From Candidatus Latescibacterota bacterium (GTDB lineage: Bacteria > Latescibacterota > UBA2968 > UBA8231), in assembly GCA_965197905.1 (NCBI GenBank), contig CBDAOB010000004.1:224001-288000 (forward strand): a DNA stretch of 64,000 bases, given 5' to 3'. Below are positions 9,542 to 20,400 of this stretch, in pieces; the stretch's first letter is position 1; the number at the start of each line of letters is the position of its first letter. Under the pieces are notes generated by a model, which made no database searches, had not been told where the DNA came from, and saw nothing but the letters and a program-made list of their open reading frames with translations. The translations under genes were made by a program, and so were the position numbers.

Positions 9542-10014
9542 TAGATCCCGTTTCTAGGAGGCGATGAATCTGGTCCGAGGCCGGAACAATACCGCATCAC
9601 TTCTCGGTACCAACCGGCTACCGCCGCCGGCTTCGGTTCTGAGCCCGACCACGTCCAAACGAAGGTGCTATCGGACGACTGGTACACAATGCGAGAAGTG
9701 ACGTTCCCGTATTCCTGCGCTCTCTGGTCGAGCAGACCGGTAGCCAACAGTTTCTGAGCGAACGAGCGCATCGTTCCGGCGTCTATACTTCGGGTCCAAA
9801 GAATCGACTCGTCCTTAGCGGTTCTGCGCTCAAAGGCGACGACCTGGCCCTCGGACTGCAACCGATAGCCGCGAACAAGCCCGCTGAAACCGCCACCGGA
9901 GCTGATGGAAATGGAAAAGAATCGGGCGTCTTGAGTGGTGCAGCTACAAACCAGCGACAGCGCCCACAACCAGCGAGGTAGGCTCGATGGTGCTTTCGAA
10001 AAAGCTGCGGGCAC
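9541..10014 (-). CDS. Putative lipoprotein, possibly an emfourin-like M4 inhibitor
   Basis: Hydrophobic stretch ending LVCSC, SGGGFSG motif, TAATG stop/start overlap with the M4 peptidase. Confidence 0.5.
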   Translation of the reverse strand: MPAAFSKAPSSLPRWLWALSLVCSCTTQDARFFSISISSGGGFSGLVRGYRLQSEGQVVAFERRTAKDESILWTRSIDAGTMRSFAQKLLATGLLDQRAQEYGNVTSRIVYQSSDSTFVWTWSGSEPKPAAVAGWYREVMRYCSGLGPDSSPPRNGI

Positions 10015-10241
10015 GGAGTACCGACTTTCTGAACCTCACCTTACTCGAAAATTCAAACGCGAGGGCAGCCCGAATCGTCTGAAACCGCCGCAACCCAGAA
10101 ATACAGAAGGGTAGCTAAGTAAGTCAACGCCATGGCATCTCGCCTGTATATACCAGATGTTGTAGGGTATTCCGAAAGGCTGCACAATGAGCTAATCCAA
10201 GGGCACATAAACATAAAGTCGCTATAAACTTAGTCGATATT

Positions 10242-11000
10242 ATGGAGGCAGGAGGAAGCAGTGTGAACACGAGGCGCAAGAGCAAACGGCGAGGCGGCCG
10301 CAGCTCACTCGGAATTCGATTAGTCGGATTGGGCGGCGTAGTCTGTATCGCCTGGGCTGTCATCGGGTTGGCGCTTTCACTTTCGAATCCAGAAGTAGCA
10401 ACCGTCTCCGACGACGTGGCCGAGCAGGAACACGAGTCGGGTGATTTGATCGACCGCGAGGAGAACGCAGCTCCCTCCTCGAGCGGGCGAGAATCCGACT
10501 CTTACTACCCGCTGCACGTGGGACGGTTCTGGATATACAAGCACGTTGACCACAAAACCGGTAGCGAAATGGAAATCGAGCGTCGCATCGTTCGCAGGGA
10601 ACGGCGCGACGATCGTGAACTCTTCTTCTTTGACGATGGTAGCATGGTATACGACCAGGATGGAAAGATTTTCGAGATAGGTCCAGAGGGCGGCGTCAAC
10701 GTCGTTCCAATACGCGGAAGGGCCGATGACGTTCCGTACATCTATCGTACCGAAGGCTTGCACATCGAAAAGAGGATCGGCGCAACCTCGACCGCCCTGG
10801 TGCTGGGAGAACGAGAGTTCGCCGATTGCATGGAGGTGGTTACTCGCTTCAGACGCGTCGAGCAAGATTCGTCGCGCTCCCTGGCTTACTCATCCTACTA
10901 CTCCCGTGGGGTCGGGCTAGTTGCCCGCGCCCAGTGGTTTAACGGAAGACATTCCGAACCTACTATGATTCTGCAGGATTTCGGACCCAACGGATTGTAG
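10242..11000 (+). CDS. Membrane-anchored hypothetical protein
   Basis: Basic N-terminus, one TM helix, YYPLHVGRFWIY and YYSRGVGLV motifs typical of an exported beta-rich family. Confidence 0.7.
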   Translation: MEAGGSSVNTRRKSKRRGGRSSLGIRLVGLGGVVCIAWAVIGLALSLSNPEVATVSDDVAEQEHESGDLIDREENAAPSSSGRESDSYYPLHVGRFWIYKHVDHKTGSEMEIERRIVRRERRDDRELFFFDDGSMVYDQDGKIFEIGPEGGVNVVPIRGRADDVPYIYRTEGLHIEKRIGATSTALVLGEREFADCMEVVTRFRRVEQDSSRSLAYSSYYSRGVGLVARAQWFNGRHSEPTMILQDFGPNGL

Positions 11001-11024
11001 CGACGTGAAGAGAGATAGGTTTTC

Positions 11025-12010
11025 ATGCTAGGTAGATGTTGGATTCCATTGCTGAGCGCAATCTGCCTGCTGGGCCACGCATACGCAGCCGATATGGTTG
11101 CCACCGAAGTGGTCCGGGTCGAACGCTCTAATGGAGAGGTCACTGGCGTAGTCCTGGCGGCCGGCCGCATGGACGGCGTGGTTTTGGATACCCATGTCAC
11201 TCTGCTGCGCGACGGGGAACCCATCGTTCACCCCCTCACCGGTGAGCCGCTCGGCACACCGCAGGAGCCGGTGGGCGTTATCATGGTGTACGAGGTTTCC
11301 GACCGCCAATCCAAGGGGGTCATGGTCAAGACCTATTCGGAACCCGCTGCGGGAGACATGGCCGAGTACGAGAAGGCGGCCATGATGCCAACGGCGAAAG
11401 AACCGGAGCCGGAAGCTATGGACGCCATGACCGAGCGTGTGAAAAAACTGGAGAACAGCGTCAAGAAGTACGGCAAGTCCAACCGCGCGCTGCAGAGATT
11501 GCCTGGCATGTCACAACAGGTTCTAGATGAAATCGGTGCCATGAAGTCGTATCTCGTTGGCCTGGACGAACGACTCGTCGAGCTGGAAGAGCGCCAGGAC
11601 GAGGATCAAAACCGGTTGGCATCGGTAATACGCGGTGAATATAGCTCCGAAGATATGAAGGAGTTGACGATTCGTTATGCCCCCGATACCAACCTGCGAC
11701 TGCGCGTCGCAGGAAAAACCCTGATCATTGGTGTGGAGCGGGATTCCGTATTCCTCGAGGAGCCCGTCGAGCAATTTATGTTCGAGGACGAATCGCTCGA
11801 AGAGGACGTGGAAGAAGATACGCGGCCGATGATGGAGCGCCTCGAGTCGTTCATGCAAACGCCGTACGGAATCGGAACTGGAATCGGATTTTCATCATTG
11901 TCGCCGGCGTAATTTCATGGCTGATCAAACGCCGTTACGACAACGTCATGCAGGGGATCGACGATTGGGAGGATGAGTACACGGATGACGACGAGGAAGA
12001 GGACATATAA
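11025..12010 (+). CDS. Exported protein with FlgT-C-like domain, coiled coil and C-terminal TM anchor; frameshift near 11890
   Basis: Signal peptide and IVHPLTGEPLG motif. The track ORF stops at 11912, but the shifted frame continues IIVAGVISWLIKRRYD...EEEDI to the TAA at 12008-12010. Confidence 0.65.
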
Positions 12011-12012
12011 TC

Positions 12013-12879
12013 ATGAAACGGCTAGCATACGTCCTCGCTTCCATCTGCCTTTTCGGCACCGCCGTCGCGGCAGAGAACATGAACTACGTCATCAAGGTGA
12101 CGCCCACGTTGGTGTATATCGATGGCGGGCAGACCCATGGAATCCATGTGGGGGACGCGTTCATGATCTTGCGCGCCGAGAAGAAGGCGGATCAATTCGC
12201 CCAGGTGGCGCAGGTGAACGTCATCCGCGTCTTCGAAGAATTCAGCATCGCCGAAATCTCCAGCGTCGTCGAGGGTGAGAAGATCGACATGCTGCAGCGA
12301 GCCATTTCGCGCATGGATTGGGAACAGATGGGCCGAATGGCCAAAATCGGCGCGAAGAAGGGGCGTAAATCGAAAGCGGGCAAGAGGTTCGTCTATCTTG
12401 TTGGCGGTGGTGAATGGTCGAAGGAAACAAAGCTGCAGTGGCAGAACGACCGCTTGATGGGTGTCGGCGGTTCGAACGAGGCCGGAATCGGACTTAGAAT
12501 CGGCAAGGTGTTCGCCGAACATCTGCGGCTGAGCTTTACCTATCGAGTTTCGGGGGATCTCCTTGGGGTTGGGGACGGCGACGTGACCCAGCTATCGATT
12601 GAAGTCGACGGCCAGATCCTACCGCGTCCCGACTATAAGGTTGGACCATATATAGGCGTCGGTGTTGGTATGCACCAGCTCAACTGGGACGCCGTAGGAA
12701 ACAACGCCGATTCCGCCAATAAGGTGGGGTTGAATCTGCTGGCAGGTTTGCAGTTTCCGATTAGCGACGCCCGTTGGCGCTTCCTTCTGGAAGCGGGGTA
12801 CCAGAGGGTGGCCAAGTTTGACGACCTGATCGATGCCAGCCATGTGAGGAGTTATCTCGGCTTCGGTCGGAATTTCTGA
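12013..12879 (+). CDS. Outer-membrane beta-barrel protein with N-terminal FlgT-C-like domain
   Basis: Signal peptide, VYIDGGQTHGIHVGD, PYIGVGVG barrel motif, C-terminal Phe. Confidence 0.7.
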   Translation: MKRLAYVLASICLFGTAVAAENMNYVIKVTPTLVYIDGGQTHGIHVGDAFMILRAEKKADQFAQVAQVNVIRVFEEFSIAEISSVVEGEKIDMLQRAISRMDWEQMGRMAKIGAKKGRKSKAGKRFVYLVGGGEWSKETKLQWQNDRLMGVGGSNEAGIGLRIGKVFAEHLRLSFTYRVSGDLLGVGDGDVTQLSIEVDGQILPRPDYKVGPYIGVGVGMHQLNWDAVGNNADSANKVGLNLLAGLQFPISDARWRFLLEAGYQRVAKFDDLIDASHVRSYLGFGRNF

Positions 12880-12939
12880 TCGACAGACTGTAACAGGACG
12901 GGATTCAAATCCCGATACCAGAATCCGAGCCGGTTGCGT

Positions 12940-13857
12940 TTACGCAGCCGGCTTTTTTCGTCGATTTCGTCCAAATGTTCCGGAGACCCAAATGCTGACC
13001 TCGTACAGCAAAAGCAACGGTAGCGCCATCAAGAGCTGCGAGAGGGGATCAGGCGGCGTAAAAATCGCGCCCAGAACAAAGATGATGATGATGGCGTAGC
13101 GGCGGATACTGCGCATGTATTCGGGGGTGAGAATTCCTATGCGTGAGAGAATCAGAGCCACCACCGGCATCTCGAACACGATTCCGAATCCCAGCAATAG
13201 TCGAAGCACAAAGCTGATGTAGATATCCACAGCCCACTGAGAGGTCATGTCCGGTGGCTCGAGAGCCAGGAAAAAGCGCAGCCCCAGTGGCAACACGATC
13301 CAGTAGGCTGCCGCGGTGCCGAGACAGAAGCAACCCACACTGGCGCCCACGACCGGAATCGCCAGGCGCCGTTCCTCGGAGAGCAGACCGGGGGCCACGA
13401 ACTGCCAGAACTGATAGAAGACTACGGGTAACGCGATAATGAATCCGCCAATGAGCGCGATCTGCAAGCTGATGAAGAAATAGGTCATCGGTTTCAGGGC
13501 TTGCAGCTGACGCGTTTCCGGAAGCTCCGCCGGCACCGGTGGGGCAGGCGCTTCGGCATACTTGGGGTCGATTCCCGCCGCCCATCGCTTCAGCAACTGT
13601 TTCACTGCTTCAACGGCGCCCGAAGAGCGTTCGCTCTCCAAGCTTCGCACCGCATCTTCGTACGGATAGGTGAGGACCTTGAGCAGGGAGTCGGAGAAGA
13701 CGAAACAGACCACGGCGCCCAGTAGGATGGCAGCCAGCGCTTTGAGTATCCGCCACCGCAACTCTTCCAAATGGTCGAGAAAAGGCATTTCAGCGCGCCC
13801 GCCTTCCGTCTCGACCAGTTCGGAGTCGTGGGTTGTTGTCAGGTCGCGATCGCTCAT
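12940..13857 (-). CDS. tatC: Twin-arginine translocase subunit TatC
   Basis: MPFLDHLEELRWRI, FVAPGL, FEMPV, TPPDPLSQ motifs. Confidence 0.96.
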   Translation of the reverse strand: MSDRDLTTTHDSELVETEGGRAEMPFLDHLEELRWRILKALAAILLGAVVCFVFSDSLLKVLTYPYEDAVRSLESERSSGAVEAVKQLLKRWAAGIDPKYAEAPAPPVPAELPETRQLQALKPMTYFFISLQIALIGGFIIALPVVFYQFWQFVAPGLLSEERRLAIPVVGASVGCFCLGTAAAYWIVLPLGLRFFLALEPPDMTSQWAVDIYISFVLRLLLGFGIVFEMPVVALILSRIGILTPEYMRSIRRYAIIIIFVLGAIFTPPDPLSQLLMALPLLLLYEVSIWVSGTFGRNRRKKPAA

Positions 13858-15428
13858 GTCTTTTTTTCGGCAAGGCGCAGGAACGCAACAGCAAGCGCCG
13901 TCAGGGCGAATACGAGATGGGCGAAGAGATCCCCATTTCTTGTGTAGAAGGTAGTCTCCGTGCGCACGGGGACATCGGCAACGCGATAATCGGGTTCATA
14001 GATGGACGTCGCTTCGAACGATCGCCCAAAGGGGTCAATGAATACTGAAATACCGGTCGTTGCGCAACGGGCTATGGAGCTCCGATTCTCCACCGCGCGA
14101 AGTATCGCCAGAAGCGCATGCTGATAGGGACCCGATGTGCGCCCGAACCAGGAATCGTTGGTTATGTTTACCAGCAGCCGGGCTCCGTTCAAGACCGCCC
14201 GCCGGGTCAAATCGGGAAACACCGACTCGAAACAGATCAACACGGCGTAGTCGGCCTTTGCATTGCGGAAGAGGGTGCGCTCTTTCCCACGAGCGAATTC
14301 GGCCGATCCCAGGTCGCCGGTCAGCTTGGACCAGTCTATGTTCCGCAAGAACGGGATCCGATCCCGGAAGGGAGTCCGTTCGCCGAAGGGCACCAGGTGC
14401 ATCTTGGCGTAGGCCGCCATCTCACCTCCGTCGGGCCGCACCAAGAACGCCGCATTGTAAGGCTCGCGTTGCTCCCGGTTGTAGTCAGATGCACCGGTAA
14501 GCACGGGCACCTGAATCTCGCGCACGAAGCTCTCAAGCCGTTCGCGGCAATCGGGTCGCAGGCGCAGGTAACACGGAAGCGCCGTCTCAGGCCAGACCAA
14601 CAGGTCCGGCCGTTGTTGCGCCGCCCCCCGGCTGAGTCTTTCCAGGACCTCGAAGCTGCGTTCCAACCCTCCCGGCCCCCACTTGCCTTCGCGCATCAGA
14701 TTCGGCTGAACAACGGCAACTCGAATCGTTTCGTTGGTCTCGGAGCCATCGGGAATCACCCATCGTCCGTAGAGCCAGGGAATCGCAATCCAGGCCGCCA
14801 GCGAACCCATCACCACGAACCGCATGCGGCCTCGAGACCACATGACAAGAAAGAGCGCAGTGCTAGCGGCGGCGACCCAGAAGCTGACGCCGTATACACC
14901 GGTGATCGAAGCGTATTGGATGATCGCTGGAAAAACGGCCTGGCTATGCCCTAACAGAAGCCATGGAAATCCCAACTCGCCGAGAGAAAGCACGTACTCC
15001 TGTATGGTCCAGACAAATGGAACGAGAAGAAAGCCGCGCGTGCCCCAACGTCCCACCGCCACATTGATTGACCCCGCGAAGAACCCCACGAAGAGCCCAA
15101 GATAACCTCCGATCAGAATCGTTCCTCCCACTACTGCCAAACCTCCACCCTGCGTATGCCCCACCCAGTACAGACCGACCATGGTAAGAACAAACCCGGT
15201 CAACAGACCCCGTTTGAAGCCATGGCCGAAATCACTTCCCGGAAGGGCAGCTAGCAACGGTACCAGGCCGAAATAAGCCCACAATGGGTGAAACAAAACC
15301 GCAAACACTTGGTCGGGATTGCATGGAAAAGCCAGGCCCAGAAAAAGCCCGCTGGCGCCCGCGAGAATCCAGGAGTTGCGAAAGAGAATCCCGGAGGTGA
15401 ACCGGTCCGCGGAAGAATGGGAGTGCAT
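13854..15428 (-). CDS. lnt: Apolipoprotein N-acyltransferase
   Basis: GFPWLLLG, WPETA, KMHLVPFGE, ICFES, NITNDSWFG, QHA. Start estimated; the track ORF extends to 15596. Confidence 0.94.
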   Translation of the reverse strand: MHSHSSADRFTSGILFRNSWILAGASGLFLGLAFPCNPDQVFAVLFHPLWAYFGLVPLLAALPGSDFGHGFKRGLLTGFVLTMVGLYWVGHTQGGGLAVVGGTILIGGYLGLFVGFFAGSINVAVGRWGTRGFLLVPFVWTIQEYVLSLGELGFPWLLLGHSQAVFPAIIQYASITGVYGVSFWVAAASTALFLVMWSRGRMRFVVMGSLAAWIAIPWLYGRWVIPDGSETNETIRVAVVQPNLMREGKWGPGGLERSFEVLERLSRGAAQQRPDLLVWPETALPCYLRLRPDCRERLESFVREIQVPVLTGASDYNREQREPYNAAFLVRPDGGEMAAYAKMHLVPFGERTPFRDRIPFLRNIDWSKLTGDLGSAEFARGKERTLFRNAKADYAVLICFESVFPDLTRRAVLNGARLLVNITNDSWFGRTSGPYQHALLAILRAVENRSSIARCATTGISVFIDPFGRSFEATSIYEPDYRVADVPVRTETTFYTRNGDLFAHLVFALTALAVAFLRLAEKKT

Positions 15429-15642
15429 CGATTGGCAGGAGAAAATGAAAGGCGAATCACATGCGGTCATTGCCGCGTCCAAAATATAGTCGGGATAGTC
15501 GGGCCGACAACTCCGATGCAGGATCGGCGGCACGCAATCTGCTTGTCGTAAGGCGCTCCGCCAGCATCCGCGCAACAATAGGTCTGGATGCTTCACAGTC
15601 CCGCTTCTATTCCTACACGGTCTATTCGGAGGATACTACTGC

Positions 15643-16365
15643 ATGCAGCCGATGCGAATCCATGGCGAACCCAATCCTCGAGCACGTTTCAAACCCTCGC
15701 CGATCGTTGGGGTGACCTCCCTCGAGCTCCCCAGAGAACGACTTTTCAACGAAGGTCCCGAAGCGCTTCGAGACTACGAACTGCTCGCCGTGGTCCTTGG
15801 CACCGGTTGCAAGGGGCAAAACGTGTTGGAGCTGGCGAAGGAGATGCTGTCTCGTTACCCCAAGGAACGCTTGATCCATGCCGAAATTCTTGAATTGCAG
15901 GGGCTCAAGGGGGTCGGGGCGACGAAATCAGCTGTGTTAGTCGCGGCGTTCGAGCTTGCCCGGCGGGCATTGCAGGTGGGAGTGGGTATCTTACCAGGAG
16001 TTACGACCCCGCACCAGGTAGTGCCTCTCCTCGCCGATATCAAGGACGAACTTAGAGAACACTTTGTTTGCTTGTATCTGAATGCACGACACCAGGTTAT
16101 CGAGAAGCAGATCATCTCCATCGGGAGTCTCTCCGCATCGATCGTACACCCACGCGAGGTGTTTCAATCGGCGGTGCTCCACTCCGCTGCCAGTATTATC
16201 GTGGCTCACAATCACCCTTCTGGTGATGTGTCGCCAAGCGCCGACGATATTCAGTTGACCAAACGTCTGGTCAAGGCCGCGGAAATCATGGGCATAGATC
16301 TCTTGGACCACGTGATCATCGCCTCTGACGATTTTCTGAGCTTCAAGGACCAAGGTCTGCTGTGA
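15643..16365 (+). CDS. radC: RadC-family JAB-domain protein
   Basis: PRERL, ELLAVVLGTG, VHPREVF, HNHPSGDVSPSADD, LLDHVII. Confidence 0.95.
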   Translation: MQPMRIHGEPNPRARFKPSPIVGVTSLELPRERLFNEGPEALRDYELLAVVLGTGCKGQNVLELAKEMLSRYPKERLIHAEILELQGLKGVGATKSAVLVAAFELARRALQVGVGILPGVTTPHQVVPLLADIKDELREHFVCLYLNARHQVIEKQIISIGSLSASIVHPREVFQSAVLHSAASIIVAHNHPSGDVSPSADDIQLTKRLVKAAEIMGIDLLDHVIIASDDFLSFKDQGLL

Positions 16366-16422
16366 CACCACCCAGCCAACCGCAGAAGGGCGTGACAAAA
16401 TCCGCACTTTCCTTGCCGATCC

Positions 16423-16438
16423 TGTGACTGCGATCACG
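16423..16438. promoter_or_regulatory. CRP/FNR-family-like binding site
   Basis: TGTGA-CTGCGA-TCACG, 9 of 10 positions match TGTGA-N6-TCACA; intergenic. Confidence 0.3.
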
Positions 16439-16611
16439 GCCGCGAACGCCGGTATCCCATAAGTTGTCATAGAGACCAAATATTGCACCTGGATTTCGCA
16501 ATATGTTGCGTTGCCGAGCGGAAAAAAGAGAGAGTTTTCGGTACGAAATGCGAATTTCCGCCGGGTTTGCAGCGGCGCGGTAGGTTGATCCGAAATGGGC
16601 GCGAAACACCC

Positions 16612-16639
16612 TTGATATTAAAGTTCGAAAAGGTATATT
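16612..16639 (+). promoter_or_regulatory. Sigma70-like promoter of the DUF151 gene
   Basis: TTGATA-N16-TATATT about 50 nt before the ATG. Confidence 0.5.
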
Positions 16640-16690
16640 TGGGGTAACCGAGGCGGCACGTTCGAGAAATTTCTTCAGCGTTGAGGATGT

Positions 16691-17425
16691 ATGAAAAGAA
16701 CAGGCAATGACCACTTAATTCCGGTCGAGATTCTCCGGATTTATCCTTACGCTGAAACGCAACAGTCTCTTGGTTTTCACGAAACGTTCATGGTGTTTCT
16801 CAAGGGAGATGACGATACCCGAGTCGTTGCCATAACCATCGGGCGCTCCGAAGGTCAGGCGTTGCATCTGGCGATCAAAAAAATTGCGCCTCCGAGACCG
16901 CTTACACACAACCTGCTGCAGAATCTGCTAGAGAAAATCAGGGGGAAGGTACACAAGCTGGTGATCCACTCCATAAAGGATGGAGTGTTCCATGCCTACT
17001 TGTTGGTCGAGACTCCAGAAGAAACCTACCATCTGGATTGCCGCTCCAGCGATGGCATGATTATTTCCACTTTGGTGGGTGCGCCTATCTACATGAGTCC
17101 CGAGGTCATGGAGGAGGCGGGTCAGGAATTTGAACTCACCGAGTTGGAGGAGGCCGCAGAAGAGTCGTTAGAGGAAGAAGTGAACGCCCAGATCTCCGAG
17201 TTGGAAGAAGTGGCTGATGATGTGGAAGAGGAGGATCTGGATCTGGAGTTGGAGCTTGAGGAGGGAGACTTCGAGCTACACGCCGATGTCGTCGTGCTGC
17301 CAAAGAATCTGGGTGCCAGCGAGCTGGACCAACTGCGAGCCCAGTTGGGCCGTTTGATCGCAGAAGAAGCATACGAGGAAGCCGCCAAGATTAGAGATAA
17401 GATAATCCAGCTGGAGAGCAGCTGA
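16691..17425 (+). CDS. Bifunctional nuclease family (DUF151) protein with acidic linker and C-terminal UVR motif
   Basis: IGRSEGQA, PPRPLTHNL, DCRSSDG, and EAYEEAAKIRDKI. Confidence 0.88.
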   Translation: MKRTGNDHLIPVEILRIYPYAETQQSLGFHETFMVFLKGDDDTRVVAITIGRSEGQALHLAIKKIAPPRPLTHNLLQNLLEKIRGKVHKLVIHSIKDGVFHAYLLVETPEETYHLDCRSSDGMIISTLVGAPIYMSPEVMEEAGQEFELTELEEAAEESLEEEVNAQISELEEVADDVEEEDLDLELELEEGDFELHADVVVLPKNLGASELDQLRAQLGRLIAEEAYEEAAKIRDKIIQLESS

Positions 17426-17456
17426 GCAGAACTCAGTTCATTCATTTCTTACGGGT

Positions 17457-17487
17457 CCCTCGGGTGTCGGCACTCCGGGGGTTTTTA
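17457..17487 (+). terminator. Probable intrinsic terminator
   Basis: Imperfect GC stem CCCTCGGGTG/CACTCCGGGG followed by a T run, between convergent genes. Confidence 0.45.
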
Positions 17488-17499
17488 GTTGCCGCCACG

Positions 17500-20400
17500 T
17501 CAACGCAAGCAAAGCAGTTTTCGCACCAGTTGTCTGCCGTTGTACTCCACCACCGCAAGATAGACGCCAGATCCAACCTGAGCCCCGCGATCATTCGTCC
17601 CGTTCCACACCGCCACCGGTGTTGCCGCTGAGAGATGGTCGAACCGGAGAGTGCGCAGCTTCTGCCCGGCTAGGTCGAACAAGCCGGCGTCGACGGGAAC
17701 CGTGGTTGTGGCACCCCGAATCGCCAGGTTCACCGCAGCCGAGAACGGGTTGGGCCAGGCCACCAGGTGGGGATCAGGTGAGGTAGCCGAGAGTTTCGCG
17801 GCGGGTCGATGCACTGACAGCGTGAAACTGGATAACGTGCTGTTAAAACCGTCCGACACGTTTATCTTCAGCTCGTGCGAACCGAGGTCGGACACGGTCG
17901 GCCGCCAGGAAATCCTTCCGGTCCGTTGATTCAGTGCCAACCCCTGTGGTCCGCTTTCCAAGGTGTAGGCCAGCGCGTCCCCGTCGGCGTCGACGCCAAC
18001 CAGCTGTAACGCGAACAGCCTCCCAACGATCACCACGGAGTCCGCGGCGGTTATGGTAGGGGCGCGATTGGCGAAAAGCACCCACCGTCGTCGCACCCGC
18101 TCATGAAACAAGCCGACCTCTACTTCAACCGTATCTTCCCCCGCGCCGCTCCAGCTGTAGGCCAGCCTTGCTCCCGTTTCCTGCAGTCGGCCCCCGTTCC
18201 GCTTCCAGCCGTAGGTTGGCCTGTCCTCCCCGGAGAATCGAACGTTTAACAGCACGACGCGACCCTCCGGTATCGCCTGTTTGCTCCAGGTGGGGGAGAA
18301 GGTCAGCTGTTGAGTCAGGGGGCGTTTCACGGTCACATGGCTCGACCGCACCTCAAAGGTATCCACCCGGGCACGGATCTCAACGATGCCTGGCGCAACG
18401 GCGGTCAGGTCGCCGTCGTTGGTGACGGCAACGACGGAGGCATCGCTGGAAACCCAAACGGCCTCATCAACAATCGCTTGGTCCATTCCGTCAGAGTACC
18501 GGCCCACCACCTGGAGTCGAGCGGCAGTATCGGCGATCAACCGCAGATGACCGGGGACCAGTCTGGCGAAACGAAGAACGGGCCGAGGGAGACCTGGCGA
18601 ATGACGATCGCGCCCGGGGAGCAGACTGTGGAGAAAAGGAGTTTTGTTCCCGGGGTCCCAGCACAGGGACTGTCCGGGATCCTGACGTAGATCGTAGCTC
18701 TGCCGGGCAAGGGTATCCGGACCTTCGGGGTCGATGACGAAAACGGAATCCGCGCGGTTTCCAAGGCCACCGCCGATGCGTCCCTGAGCCGAGAAGAAGA
18801 CCCCATTCTCGAAGTTACCGCTGCCAAAGACCGCCACACGACCCCCCGCGGGCAACACGCTCCAGTCGGGAAAACTAAAAGCGCGATTGGACCTGGATCT
18901 TGCATCCTTGAGGTGCAGTCCTGCCAAACGCAACGGGATTGTGCCAAAATTATGCAGCTCGACGAATTCGTCTCCATAGGTCTCCCGGCGCCCGTTCCGA
19001 TTGACGTCGCCACCCATCCCCGTCGGCGGATCGGCGAGGATCTCCGAGATGAGCACCCGTGGGCGCGGCAGAATCCTCAACTTGTACTCCTGTACCTCCA
19101 ACCCGCCCCGGCCGTCGGTCACCTGGAACGCCACCTCTTCCGTTCGTGCCGCTGAAGGTACCTTGCCCGTCATGAGGCCGGTGGCGTGGTGCAGTTCCAA
19201 CCAGTCAGGCGCCTTTACGAACGTGAAGTTCAGAGAGTTATGCTCCGGATCCTCGGCGCGCACCGGGTATCTGTAGTGGCCTCCGGAATAAGCGGTGGAG
19301 TCTGGCGTGGATAACACAATCGGTTTGAGATTGGGTGGATCGGGCGGGGGCCGCACGCGCACGCGACCGATGGTCAGATAGTTGCTGCGAACCCATGCTT
19401 CGATGCGAGCGGTGCCTGCTCTGAGCGGTTCGACTAGACCCGCCGCATTTACCTGTGCGATGCCATCCTCACGGAACAGCCAGTGGGGTAACGATGGATC
19501 GATTTTGACGCTGCCCTCCTCACTGTGACCCCAGAGCGCGAGCGCACGGGGTTCATCGCCGACGGCGATATCGAGGATGTCCAGGCTAAAACGATCATAC
19601 TCGTTTCTCGCGGTGCCCGGAGAGAACAGGCCGCGACCCGGAAGCTGGGTATGGGGGACGTAGCGGTCATGTCTCCGCAGGAGCGACTGGTCGATATTGG
19701 CGCGCGAGCTGTATTCCAGACTGATGATCGTATCGGCCTCCGCACCCGACAGCAACAGAACACGATCTCCGGAGTTGGTGAGACCGTTTCCCAGTTTGCC
19801 GTCATCGACGAATACCTTGCCGGGCACCGAACGCGGCTGCCCACCCCCGAACAGGACCAAGTATTCACCGGTTCGCAGCACGGTTCCCTGGGGGAACACG
19901 AACTGACGACTTACGGCGGTATCGTCGTCGGAGAGGCGCCAACTGGACAGATCCACAGAAGCTCCCCTATTGTGTATCTCCACAAATTCATCCTCGAAGC
20001 GGTCGCTGGTTCCATCGCCATTCGCATCGCCCGAATTCCCCGAGGGCGGATCGGCAAGCAGCTCGGTCACCACGAGGTCGGGTAGCGGTGCAACGCGCAG
20101 CGAAAACCGTTGCTCCACCCAGTGGATGCCATCCGAGAGGTCCAGGGACACGGTAGCTTTCCCCCTACCCTCTGCGCGGCCGGATAGCAGCCGATCGTTC
20201 AGCCCCAGCCAGGGTGGACCTTCTCGCAGCTGCAAATCCAGCGGATCACCGTCCGGATCGGCGATGTCGACCGTATAGCGATATAGCAAGTTCTCCCGCG
20301 CCGTCGTATCCGGATCCGAGACAAAGACCGGAGGTCGGTTCGGGGGTGGAGATACCACCGTCGTTTCCACCTCGCTTTCGACCTCGAGGTATCGGACCCA

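Noticed and set aside
15643..16365. radC as a marker of a mobile or anti-defence island
   Set aside because: Full-length chromosomal type with N-terminal HhH region, flanked by lnt and DUF151.
17130..17280. GAG/GAA-rich low-complexity tract
   Set aside because: Encodes the acidic linker of the DUF151 protein; not an independent repeat element.
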